NCBI GenBank assembly: GCA_048772705.1
Contig: JBLWGC010000051.1
Location: 62,001 to 126,000, forward strand
Direction: 5' to 3'
Source of the DNA: Leidyana gryllorum EB-2025a
Taxonomy: Eukaryota > Protista > Apicomplexa
DNA: 64,000 bases
Shown: piece after piece, positions 22,714-31,874 of the stretch
How the letters are laid out: each line of letters opens with the position of its first letter
Numbering within the stretch: the stretch's first letter is position 1
Position numbers and translations under genes: made by a program
Notes under the pieces: model-generated
Told to the model about the DNA's origin: nothing
The model's input: the letters and a program-made list of their open reading frames with translations, nothing else
The model's database searches: none

Positions 22714-23227
22714 GAGTGAGATTGGTAGCGGATTTTGTTTGCACGACTTTATGATATTTAGAAGCCGCAAGTAATATGCCGCGACAACAATGAGATCCCA
22801 AATATTGATCAAAGATAGCATAACCCCCGCCCGGCAACAAAGTGCCCACTGAGCATTGAGGGTTCGACTGTGTGAGTGCATTCATTCCTGATGTCAGTTT
22901 TGGCAGCGCGGGATGAATTCTAATGAATCAGAAGGTCCAACGAGGAGACTCCGCTCCCTCCGGGTCCTGTTGGCCTTTTGATGGTCTTTGTTGAGTCAGC
23001 CCAATGCCCAATCCCCCATCTGTCACGCGTAGAGAGCTCAGGACGGAAAAATGCTCCAGGAAGGCCCTGCTGGCTTGAACATCAAAAGTAGTTTTGCCAC
23101 CGTCACTGTCACTGTCACAGACGAGAAGTCGTTGAGTTGTAGTTCGACTAACCCATCTGTAATGACGAGACGTCGGTGGCTGTGACCTCAAAAAGCAGTG
23201 CAGTGATAAAAAATCCGTCTGTTCAGA

Positions 23228-24274
23228 ATGGCAGTTGAAACTTGTGGAGTAGCTGCCTTTGACGAAAAGGCCGAACTCAAGCCATACACCTATGAGATAC
23301 GGGAACCCGAGGCGAAAGACGTACTGATAGACGTCCATTACTGCGGTATCTGTCACTCCGATATCCATGCGGGGCGATCCGAGTGGAATCCAGCAATCTA
23401 TCCGTTGGTACCGGGGCACGAGCTGACAGGTATTGTACGACAAGTCGGATCAGACGTGACAAAATTCAAAATTGGAGACCGGGTCGGTGTGGGCTGCCGC
23501 GTTGGAAGCTGCCGGAACTGTCGAGAGTGCGTAAACGGCGAAGAACAGTATTGTTTGAAGGCCATTCGTACCTACAATTCGCTCGATCACAACGGTCAAC
23601 CAACTCGCGGGGGTTATGGCCGGGTAATGGTCATACCCGAGGACTTTGTTCTGCGCATTCCGGACGGTATGCCCATGGATCGAGCCGCCCCTTTACTGTG
23701 CGCTGGCATCACTACTTATTCGCCTATCGTGCGTAACGGGCTGAATAAGGGTGGCAAGAGAGTAGCAGTGATCGGGCTTGGCGGGCTGGGCCACATGGCA
23801 GTCCAGTTTTTGGCAAAGATGGGCAACGAAGTGACTGTTATTACTCGGTCTAAATCCAAGGAGACTGAGGCAAAGGCGTTGGGAGCCCTTCACTTTGTGG
23901 CTGCAAATGAAGACCCCGAGTTCAAGTCTATGCGCAGAGCATTTGACTATATACTGGATACTGTTGCCACTGACAAACCTATGGACATCTATCTGGATCT
24001 GCTCGATGTTGGCGGGACGCTGGTCACAGTTGGCTTACCACCCAAAGATGTACCGCTCAAACTCAATCCAAGTGCGCTGATCAACGGACGTCGCAACTTT
24101 CAAGGCTCACTGATTGGCGGAATCCAGGAGACTCAGGATATGTTAGATTACTGCTCTGCAGCTCAGGTGCTGCCTCAGATCGAAGTGATAAAGCTCGATT
24201 ACGTCAATGAAGCTTGGAAAAGAGTGCTGGCAGGCGATGTCAAGTTCCGATTCGTCATTGATCACACGGCGTAG
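23228..24274 (+). CDS. Zn-dependent NADP alcohol dehydrogenase (cinnamyl-ADH/YahK/AdhC-like), intronless
   Basis: CGICHSD, PGHE, structural Zn SCRNCREC...YC, APLLCAGITTYSP, GLGGLGH, GSLIGG, DVKFRFVID. Confidence 0.95.
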   Translation: MAVETCGVAAFDEKAELKPYTYEIREPEAKDVLIDVHYCGICHSDIHAGRSEWNPAIYPLVPGHELTGIVRQVGSDVTKFKIGDRVGVGCRVGSCRNCRECVNGEEQYCLKAIRTYNSLDHNGQPTRGGYGRVMVIPEDFVLRIPDGMPMDRAAPLLCAGITTYSPIVRNGLNKGGKRVAVIGLGGLGHMAVQFLAKMGNEVTVITRSKSKETEAKALGALHFVAANEDPEFKSMRRAFDYILDTVATDKPMDIYLDLLDVGGTLVTVGLPPKDVPLKLNPSALINGRRNFQGSLIGGIQETQDMLDYCSAAQVLPQIEVIKLDYVNEAWKRVLAGDVKFRFVIDHTA

Positions 24275-24296
24275 CTTCTTTTTTTTGTACCCCTGG

Positions 24297-24530
24297 ATGA
24301 CCACTGAACCGCGCCGACGGTTCGTTCGCTTCAATTCGACAGTTCAGGCTCACCTTTTCTATCCCAATGACAGCATAAGACCGATCAAAGCTCCCTTTAA
24401 TATACCCAAATCCTTCAGCTACCGGATTTCGACAGCCTTCCTACGCACCATCATCGGAGATGTCATAGAAGCACTATTGGGTGCAGCGCTTTTACTTGTG
24501 TTCTTCTTCTGTCTCGACTTTATGCCTTAA
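24297..24530 (+). CDS. Small putative tail-anchored protein with an RVxF-like motif
   Basis: 77-aa ORF: RRRFVRFNSTVQAHLF, then a C-terminal hydrophobic helix. Confidence 0.35.
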   Translation: MTTEPRRRFVRFNSTVQAHLFYPNDSIRPIKAPFNIPKSFSYRISTAFLRTIIGDVIEALLGAALLLVFFFCLDFMP

Positions 24531-24568
24531 GCCCCTGAGGAACAAAAAACTTTTACATTCACGACCCC

Positions 24569-25813
24569 ATGCAATATTCACTTGATCAACTCGACCTACT
24601 ACCATGGCCTTGCAGCCCAGATGGCACTCCACTCACACCCCGCCAATTCCACAACTCCTGCCAAGTTCCACCTGCAGAAGAGAGGCTCTCAATAGAGAAA
24701 TTGCACTCAATGATTCATGCAGCTGCATCAGCAACAGTCGCCCTCAAACAGACCATAATTAACGTCTCAGTCGCCTATCTCTCAACCCTCTTCCACCGAA
24801 TCCCCCTCCCCACTCAAAACAGCTCCTTCTTCGTCGCGCCTCCACATCTGCCGCAACTCAACGATCCCGTCCACTGGATGGAGTCCCTTCAAATACCCCC
24901 AGCCTATAAGCCCGTATTTGCCCTTCTCGCAGACTGCCACAACATAGATGAAACCTTCAAGCTTCTCCGCCTCAGCCTCGAGATCCTTCTTCCCATCGAG
25001 CGACACCACCAACTTGTGGCCATCAACATAGTCCCTCACATCCTGGAGCCTCCCCGAGCTCTAAGCCCTGCAGTCGCTGCACAAATCGACACCCTGGACA
25101 TTGTGCGCTACTTCTTGTGTGTGAGATCACACTCCTCGCCAAGTTGCCCGATCTTGCACTACCTCCTAGCTCGAATTCCCCAACGATGCGAGTGCACACC
25201 GACCCCGTCCCACCAACCTCTCCGGCCAATTGCAAATAGTCTGGGCATTGCCGTGCACTACTGGCTCTGTGCTATCACTGGCCAGCTAACCTCCCCCGCC
25301 TTCCTCATCCCCCGATTGCATCAGCTACCCCTTTCCTGGGTTGAAGCATTGTGCGAAAGCCTTGTGGAGGCGGTCAAATCTTGGTTTCTCACTCGTAGTA
25401 AAGTGCAGTCCGTAACTACCGGCCACTACCTCACCGTGCCTTGGCATCTTCATTGGGGTCATCTCATTTCTTGGGCAAATCATTTCACCGTTTCATCATA
25501 TCTTCTACCTGTTTTCTCCTTCTGTGATTCGATCGCCAGGGACGACATCGCAGAAGCCATCAAACACTACTCGCTGATTCTACAAATCATCTACGGTTGC
25601 CAGGTCCGCGAGGTGTCGAGTCTAACTACTGCGACAAACAAGCGGGGGCCTATGCGCTGCCAAGGGTCCAATCAGAATATTACGCTCCATCATTACAAGA
25701 AATTACGCGTGTCTGAGTCGGACTCGCCTTCCACTCACACTCTATCCACGGCCACTCATTCATCTATCACAACAACACTTTGTCCTACACTTGAGGCAAA
25801 TTACGTTACTTAG
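24569..25813 (+). CDS. Hypothetical protein (may splice to the next ORF)
   Basis: 414-aa ORF; no family recognised. Confidence 0.5.
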   Translation: MQYSLDQLDLLPWPCSPDGTPLTPRQFHNSCQVPPAEERLSIEKLHSMIHAAASATVALKQTIINVSVAYLSTLFHRIPLPTQNSSFFVAPPHLPQLNDPVHWMESLQIPPAYKPVFALLADCHNIDETFKLLRLSLEILLPIERHHQLVAINIVPHILEPPRALSPAVAAQIDTLDIVRYFLCVRSHSSPSCPILHYLLARIPQRCECTPTPSHQPLRPIANSLGIAVHYWLCAITGQLTSPAFLIPRLHQLPLSWVEALCESLVEAVKSWFLTRSKVQSVTTGHYLTVPWHLHWGHLISWANHFTVSSYLLPVFSFCDSIARDDIAEAIKHYSLILQIIYGCQVREVSSLTTATNKRGPMRCQGSNQNITLHHYKKLRVSESDSPSTHTLSTATHSSITTTLCPTLEANYVT

Positions 25814-25912
25814 AAATCTGCTTGGGAGGGGCAAACCTGTCCAAGACTTCCCACTCCGAGATAAGATGGGCTCAACGTGGTTTGTTTGAATGACAATCAT
25901 TGAATAGCACAC

Positions 25913-27055
25913 GTGTGTGGTAACACAATGCGAAGGCTGCACAAGGCGCATTTGATAGATGCCATCAATACTGGCAATTATGTGGACTACTATGGCACTT
26001 GCGAGTATCGGGACGATGTCGACGGATGGATGCAAGCGTTGTTTCAAGAACGTGAAGATTTTTGGATCGCTTCCTACCGTGAATCCTTACAAGACTCTAA
26101 AAGTGTCTTGTTTGCCCACTTTCTGCCAATGTTGAAGACGCTGGATACCCCTTATGTTCGTAGCAGAAAACCCGATGATGGACTCAAAATAGCTGCCAAG
26201 GGCGACGATCATGATCTTGAAGATGAAGACGATGATGATGATGATGATCAGCTCGTGACTTTCGAAGACGAAGTGAGCGAGTTACCTGAAACTAAAACTA
26301 TCAAAGGTGATCAAGTGATAGACGAGGATCTTCGAATGTCAGAATCAGTTGCAGAAAAGATCCGGTACTCCGACAATGCTGCAAAGTTCCAGGATTGTAG
26401 ATTCAACTGCTCAGTGGAAGACCTTATGAACTTGATCAGCGACACCCGGGACCGCCGACCGCTCGCCCATACCACCAAGCGCTCCATATCGAAACGCAGC
26501 GACCGTATGCGAGCTCTGGACCTCTTCTTGTGGGTGGTCAGGCAACAAGAAGCTCGAAACAGATGTGCGGTTCGAGTCAGACGTCGAGTTCCAGATGCTG
26601 AGCTGTTCAGCATCGGAAACCGCAAAGAGCGCATCACGGTTGGGTTGCGTCACGTGATTGCTCTCCAGGACCGCTATCCTCATGCGACATGGTGTGCTCA
26701 GTCGCATTTGATCAAACGAGAGGAGCGCCCTGTCAAAGTAGCTGTCAAGCCCCCCGAGCTAGCCAGCACCATCAGCACGGACGTGAGCTGCGACGCCTAC
26801 CTGAAAATTCAGCAACAGATCAAACTACATGTTCCACGTCGAACACAGTGGAACATCGGAGCCCCGAAAAGGGTTCGTTTTGCAAGAGCTGGGCTAGAAG
26901 GAGGCGAATGCGTTAGTGGAGTATTCTATGATGCGCTCTTGGATGATGCTGATGCATCACGTGCCATCAAAACCGTGCCATTGAAGCGTCCTCTAGTTGA
27001 ATGTTTGGCACTCCCGCTCCCAACGCCCCCCGGTCCAAGCACTTTGTGTCTGTGA
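25913..27055 (+). CDS. Hypothetical protein or exon with an acidic tract
   Basis: 380-aa ORF with a poly-Asp run and a KRVRF motif. Confidence 0.5.
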   Translation: MCGNTMRRLHKAHLIDAINTGNYVDYYGTCEYRDDVDGWMQALFQEREDFWIASYRESLQDSKSVLFAHFLPMLKTLDTPYVRSRKPDDGLKIAAKGDDHDLEDEDDDDDDDQLVTFEDEVSELPETKTIKGDQVIDEDLRMSESVAEKIRYSDNAAKFQDCRFNCSVEDLMNLISDTRDRRPLAHTTKRSISKRSDRMRALDLFLWVVRQQEARNRCAVRVRRRVPDAELFSIGNRKERITVGLRHVIALQDRYPHATWCAQSHLIKREERPVKVAVKPPELASTISTDVSCDAYLKIQQQIKLHVPRRTQWNIGAPKRVRFARAGLEGGECVSGVFYDALLDDADASRAIKTVPLKRPLVECLALPLPTPPGPSTLCL

Positions 27056-27220
27056 CACTATTCGAGCCAGACTGACTTTCAGTGTTTTGAATTCGATTTT
27101 CTTACGCTCCGACCCCATCGCTCAGGATGGAGGTTCCGAAGACGGAGGTTGTGACACTTCGATTATCTATGTTCTTTTTCATTTGTTGTTGCACAACCTA
27201 CGCTCAAATATTGCATTAAT

Positions 27221-27745
27221 TCAATCGTGGCCTCGGTTGATAATTTCGACTCGGTATCCATCCGGGTCAGCAAGGAATGCAATGTGTTTCATCATTCCTT
27301 CCTCAGGGCGTTTGTAGAACTTGAACCCCATGGCATCGAAACGAGACACGGCTTTATGGAGGTCGTCGACGAACACGCAGATATGTCCGAAGCCCCGGTG
27401 TTCCGGCTCGTTGCCGTTGCAGTACTTGGTTCCATTAGATTCATCACCCCAGTTGTGACACAACTCCAACAATCCTTGTTGACTCCACAGCCACGGCTGG
27501 AATTCCTTGGAATCTGAAGGGGGCACTTGTCCCTGGGGGTAACCAAGGAAGTAATTGGTGAACTTTCCGCCTTCACTGTCCATGCGATAAAGCATCTTCA
27601 TGCCGAGACCCTCGCAGTAGAACTGTAGACTCTTTGTGGGATCGGTAATGCGATACATGGTGTGACTGAAGCCATAGTCCGTGGTTTCCTCCACATTTTT
27701 CCCTGTCGGAGCGGTGGAGAGTTGACTATTGGGGATCGCAGCCAT
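27221..27745 (-). CDS. GLO1: Glyoxalase I (lactoylglutathione lyase), single-domain type
   Basis: FSHTMYRITDP, FTNYFLGY, LELCHNWG, YCNGN, GFGHIC, AFLADPDGYRVEI; all four metal ligands present. Confidence 0.95.
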   Translation of the reverse strand: MAAIPNSQLSTAPTGKNVEETTDYGFSHTMYRITDPTKSLQFYCEGLGMKMLYRMDSEGGKFTNYFLGYPQGQVPPSDSKEFQPWLWSQQGLLELCHNWGDESNGTKYCNGNEPEHRGFGHICVFVDDLHKAVSRFDAMGFKFYKRPEEGMMKHIAFLADPDGYRVEIINRGHD

Positions 27746-27762
27746 TTTTTTCAGTCAAGTGG

Positions 27763-29018
27763 ATGGCTGACACGAGTGGAGCGGTAGTCTTTTTGGACAC
27801 TCCTAGTTATCTCACTTTGGGAATTGACTATGCAGAATGGCGTCCCGAGCAGCGACCCGATTCGGGACAAGAGTGTGCTGCAATTTGGGTCATCAGTGGC
27901 ATTGACCCAGGGGTCCACTTGGTGTCATGGGCCGGAGAACAAGTGGAGCACCAAGGCGAATTCTTCCACATAGTGTTACGCGAAGTAGTCTTGTACCGCT
28001 GGCAGGCCAAGTGGCAGCGTTTCTTGCGAGTGGTGGATGAAGATGAAATCAGTCGTTTCCAACAAGGGCATGACAACTTGAGCCTGATGACTCGTGCAGT
28101 AATCTTTCCTTCGAAGTTTACCGGGCCATGGGCCGCCCTAACATTCAGCATGACACGTTTGATAGTGAAAGCCATACAGACAGTCGGAATTCGTGATCAT
28201 GAGGCTTCGAGCTCCGATGAATATTCTGGGGTGCGTGGAGATCGCTTTGATGGTGAGTAAGGGCGACTTTGGTTGAGTGACTACTCGATTGGCAGAGCGA
28301 TTACTACAATCACAGAATATATTCATCTGGAGTGACCTTCCGCCTCGCCGCAAGGCCGGCGTGACGGAAGCTAGTGCTGCAATTGACACCAGTGACGCGC
28401 TTGAAAGCATTATTCGAGACTATGAGGAGAAACTCAAAGGTTCGCACTTTAGTGCATTCGAACGAAGCGAGTTGACAGCGAAGGCGAACCAGCTAAGTCT
28501 CTCGGAGGCTGAGACAGCTCTTCTAGCAGAGGCTCAGATGAGCTTTATAGCGTTCGGGCTGCTCTCGCACTACGACTCTATGATGCACTGGAAGGAGTTG
28601 ATCTTGATGTTTTGTAACGCAGATTGCATTTCTAGCAGACGGGCGAAACTAGGCGCATCGATCATACGGATGCTTTACAGCCAAGTTGATCAATGCCCAG
28701 ACGATTTCTTACACTCCGGGATAACTAAGTCCAACTTCGTTATTGCGGCTGTCCAGAGTCTCTTCGAAGTTATGGAAGGAGCTCAAGAGAGCGTGCTCAT
28801 AAAAAGACTGGAGAGCTTGAAGGTGAGTAGCTTGACTTGAGAGCCAGTAAGACACATGCAAACTTCAGCAATTGATGGAGAAGAAATTCCAGATGTCACT
28901 GCCAGAAATCTGGTCACTTCAGGAAGACGGACCCATATTGATGTCAGCTGAGGTCCTCCCAGTCGGTGCTGACCTCCGTGAGGCTGCGACAAGGGATTTC
29001 ATCCGGCTCGAAGATTAG
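27763..29018 (+). CDS. AAR2: U5 snRNP assembly factor AAR2, 3 exons
   Basis: LGIDY, I.GI.PGVHLV, GEFF, LLAEAQMSFIAF, HWKELI.MFCNAD, QVDQCPDDF..NF; last exon 28869-29018 with EDGPIL. Confidence 0.82.
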
Positions 29019-29402
29019 GATTGGGTCGACATCTGCAATGATGGCAGTATATATTCCTATCAGAAGGGGCACAACAATGATGGCTAATGTCAGATAAGCA
29101 CCGGGATTATGTTGTGTCAAGACTCGAAAAGTCGAAGACCAATCGTCACCCACTACCTCTATCCTGTCTTGCTGGGAGGGCAAGGCAAAGTACCGAATGC
29201 GAGCCTGATCCGCGAGAAATCTCCACATGGATCCCTCCCAGCATCGTGGCCGGTGGGCAGCTAACTCCAAAAAGGGAGGTATGGACTCCTTCATAGACTT
29301 TCCTGTGCTATTTGTCACGATTTGAGTGCGATTCATAATCCATTGACCTGTCCAGCATAGTGTTCCAACCGCCAGAGTGCCTGCAAGCACCTGGAGTTTC
29401 AT
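28944..29402 (-). CDS. Hypothetical membrane protein (N-terminal hydrophobic segment + C-terminal TM)
   Basis: 152-aa ORF with two hydrophobic segments. Confidence 0.5.
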   Translation of the reverse strand: MKLQVLAGTLAVGTLCWTGQWIMNRTQIVTNSTGKSMKESIPPFLELAAHRPRCWEGSMWRFLADQARIRYFALPSQQDRIEVVGDDWSSTFRVLTQHNPGAYLTLAIIVVPLLIGIYTAIIADVDPILIFEPDEIPCRSLTEVSTDWEDLS

Positions 29403-29508
29403 CGGTGTCTCGTGTGTTCGATCGTAGACAGAACACGGAAATATAAACCATCATGCCGAAGGTTTTTTTTAGCCTCCCTAGGGGTCGAAACAGTCACCGT
29501 CAATCGCC

Positions 29509-29969
29509 ATGGCCATCCCAAAGAAGACCGTCAAGCCCGTGACTGTGAAGTTCGTCATGGACTGCACTATCCCGGCCACTGACAACATCTTGGACCCTGC
29601 TGGACTTGTAAGTTTCTGATGGTGACAATCGTTTAAATGAGGTTGTTTTGTAGGAGAAGTTCCTTGTGGATCACATCAAGGTTGAGGGCAAGACTGGCAA
29701 CTTCGAGAGCCGCGCCAACAAGGGAGAGAAGTTGGTTGAGGTCAGCCGTGACGACAAGAAAGTCTACGTTAACGCTGTCCTTCCCTTCAAGAAGCGTTAT
29801 CTTAAGGTGAGTCGGATTTGTGAGCATAATGATCACTTTCCGTTAGTATTTGACTAAGAAGTACTTGAGGAAGCAGCAAATCCGCGACTACTTGCGCGTG
29901 CTGTCTGCCAACCCAACTACCTACACCCTCAAGTACTTCCCTGGCAAGAGCATGCAAGAGGGAGTCTGA
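29509..29969 (+). CDS. RPL22: 60S ribosomal protein L22 (eL22), 3 exons
   Basis: Splicing out 29608-29653 and 29807-29846 gives KFVMDCTIPATDNILDPAGLEKFLVDHIKVEGKTGN...[26 protein letters not shown]. Confidence 0.96.
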
Positions 29970-30114
29970 AGCGGGTGCCGGCGTCGCTTTGCAGACAACC
30001 AATGCGTCCCGTTTTCAGATTGATGGGTGTTTGTTTTGGTTGCTACTGCAAAGGTATGTCTTTGTGCGAACATATTGATTAGGGAATGGCTGAATAACCG
30101 AACATGTACCTGGT

Positions 30115-31677
30115 TCACTCAACTGAACATGAAAACGACGTATCCGTGGTATTTGTGCTATGAGTGGCTTGGGCCAGTCCGGCGCGTTTGACGGACTCGA
30201 AGGACATGTCATTGAGTACTTCATCTGTACACTCGTCCTCCGCTGAAACTGGTGCTTTCAGTGGGGTGGTCGGACCCATGAGTTGGAAGTTCAGTGATGA
30301 TGCTATACGGGGATGTCTCGACCTCTCACTGGCGATGCGAAGTGCCAATGCTTGGACGTATGCTTCTTCACTAAAGAATCGCACCTGCATGCCGTTGTTG
30401 TAGTAGAGGTTGCGCAGCAAACTAGTGAACCATGGCATTCTGGAGCCTCCCCCGGTGACAAAGACCTCGATAGTGTCAGAAGGGCGCGTCTGGGTGGCTT
30501 TTTCAAGAACTCTGCTCAGCAGACGCTCTGTTTTGCGCATGAGAGTCTTATTGTCTGAGGCGAATTGAGCTCGAGTTACGGAGTAGTCCCAGCCTGGAAC
30601 GACATCCGTTTCAACCTTGTCTTGAGCAGTGAGTTGAGTGTTGACATCCCTGGCCACTTGAAGTGTTGTGGTGTGTCGACGCCACAGTGGAATGGAGTTG
30701 AAAGTGTAATGTGAACTGAATTGATATGGCTTGTCGCCACACTGGTCGAAGACCACGGGAGCCTTCTTGATAATCGCCCGCTGTTGGCTGAAGTGAAAGG
30801 CTTGTGTGCCTACGTCAGTTTCGTGATCCCGAAGAGGTTTTGCCCATTTCGAATCCCCTGCTAAACCTGACGGCCCGTATTTGGCAACGCAGATGTCGAG
30901 GGCTGTCGAGCCATAGTCCATGAGAACTAAACTGATTGGGTCTGGTCGTTGGGGCATTTGAAGAATGTGGTGATAGATGAGAGCGTAAGGTGCTTTATCT
31001 CTGTACACGACGTTTATTCTTTGTCTCCGCAGTGCAGTATGGATGACTGCATCCCACAGAGGGTTGCTGGAGGCTCGATGTCCGAGGCAGACGCTGGTTT
31101 CATCTCCCGGATACGATTTGACGATCAGTGACTTGGCAAACTGGAGCATATGTCCTACTACGTCGATGAGAGTGTACTTCACGTGTGGACTGAGTTCAGT
31201 TGAGTTTGTTCTTTTGAGCACTGTGGGCTGCTGGGCGGCGTCCTTGAAGATGCGGAGGACGGGTAGGGTTCTGCGCAGTTCATCCCTGGTGTACTCTCTT
31301 CCCCAGGTGTCTTCAATGATGGGACAACAGGGAAGTTGCTGTGTACGGGATGCAAGGTTGAAAGCTGGAGTCGTCGGTTGTCCTGCTGCTTGGACAGTGG
31401 ACGTGTGAGGTTTCGACTTGTTGGGCCATATCAGGCTGGGATGTGCGTGTGGCCCAATTTCGGTCCCATGGTATATAGCGTCAATGAGGCCTTTGATGTT
31501 TTTCAAAGTCCGCAAATGGTGGAATGCACTGGCTCTGTGTATAGCGGGGTTGCCAACTAACACTGTGCCGTCATCGTCATAGGTTATAACGGCGGGTATG
31601 GGCAGAAAGGTTCGGGTTGATCCTTCATGGAAGAATGCAAGGCGCAAGTACTCGTCACCGATATCCAATGCCCACAT
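30115..31677 (-). CDS. Highly divergent Hsp70-like protein, nucleotide-binding domain only
   Basis: ALDIGDEY (cf. GIDLGTT), IPAVITY..DG.VLVGNPA, NIKGLI (cf. KRLIG), LMDYGSTALDICV (cf. FDLGGGTFDVS), VTGGGSRMP (cf. LVGGSTRIP); no substrate-binding domain. Confidence 0.75.
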   Translation of the reverse strand: MWALDIGDEYLRLAFFHEGSTRTFLPIPAVITYDDDGTVLVGNPAIHRASAFHHLRTLKNIKGLIDAIYHGTEIGPHAHPSLIWPNKSKPHTSTVQAAGQPTTPAFNLASRTQQLPCCPIIEDTWGREYTRDELRRTLPVLRIFKDAAQQPTVLKRTNSTELSPHVKYTLIDVVGHMLQFAKSLIVKSYPGDETSVCLGHRASSNPLWDAVIHTALRRQRINVVYRDKAPYALIYHHILQMPQRPDPISLVLMDYGSTALDICVAKYGPSGLAGDSKWAKPLRDHETDVGTQAFHFSQQRAIIKKAPVVFDQCGDKPYQFSSHYTFNSIPLWRRHTTTLQVARDVNTQLTAQDKVETDVVPGWDYSVTRAQFASDNKTLMRKTERLLSRVLEKATQTRPSDTIEVFVTGGGSRMPWFTSLLRNLYYNNGMQVRFFSEEAYVQALALRIASERSRHPRIASSLNFQLMGPTTPLKAPVSAEDECTDEVLNDMSFESVKRAGLAQATHSTNTTDTSFSCSVE

Positions 31678-31874
31678 GATTGACTTGTACTACGACTGAC
31701 TTGAGTGTACGTAATAGGTGCGATTATGACGTCGGCCGAGGCGGTTTTCCGCGAAGGGGGGAGTGGACAAAGACTTTTCTGGTTACAGCCGTTGTGATCG
31801 CGCGATTGGATTAACGCGTGCGTACGCGTACTAATTATTGACCTATCTATGTTTCGTTGCTATTAATTCATAAA

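Noticed and set aside
19900-23200. Bacterial microcompartment shell genes around the EutE-like gene
   Set aside because: No small ORF with BMC-H/BMC-P-like motifs is recognisable
31740-31832. E2F/MCB-like motifs (TTTTCCGCG, ACGCGT twice) upstream of the Hsp70-like gene
   Set aside because: Short motifs at a single locus cannot be distinguished from chance
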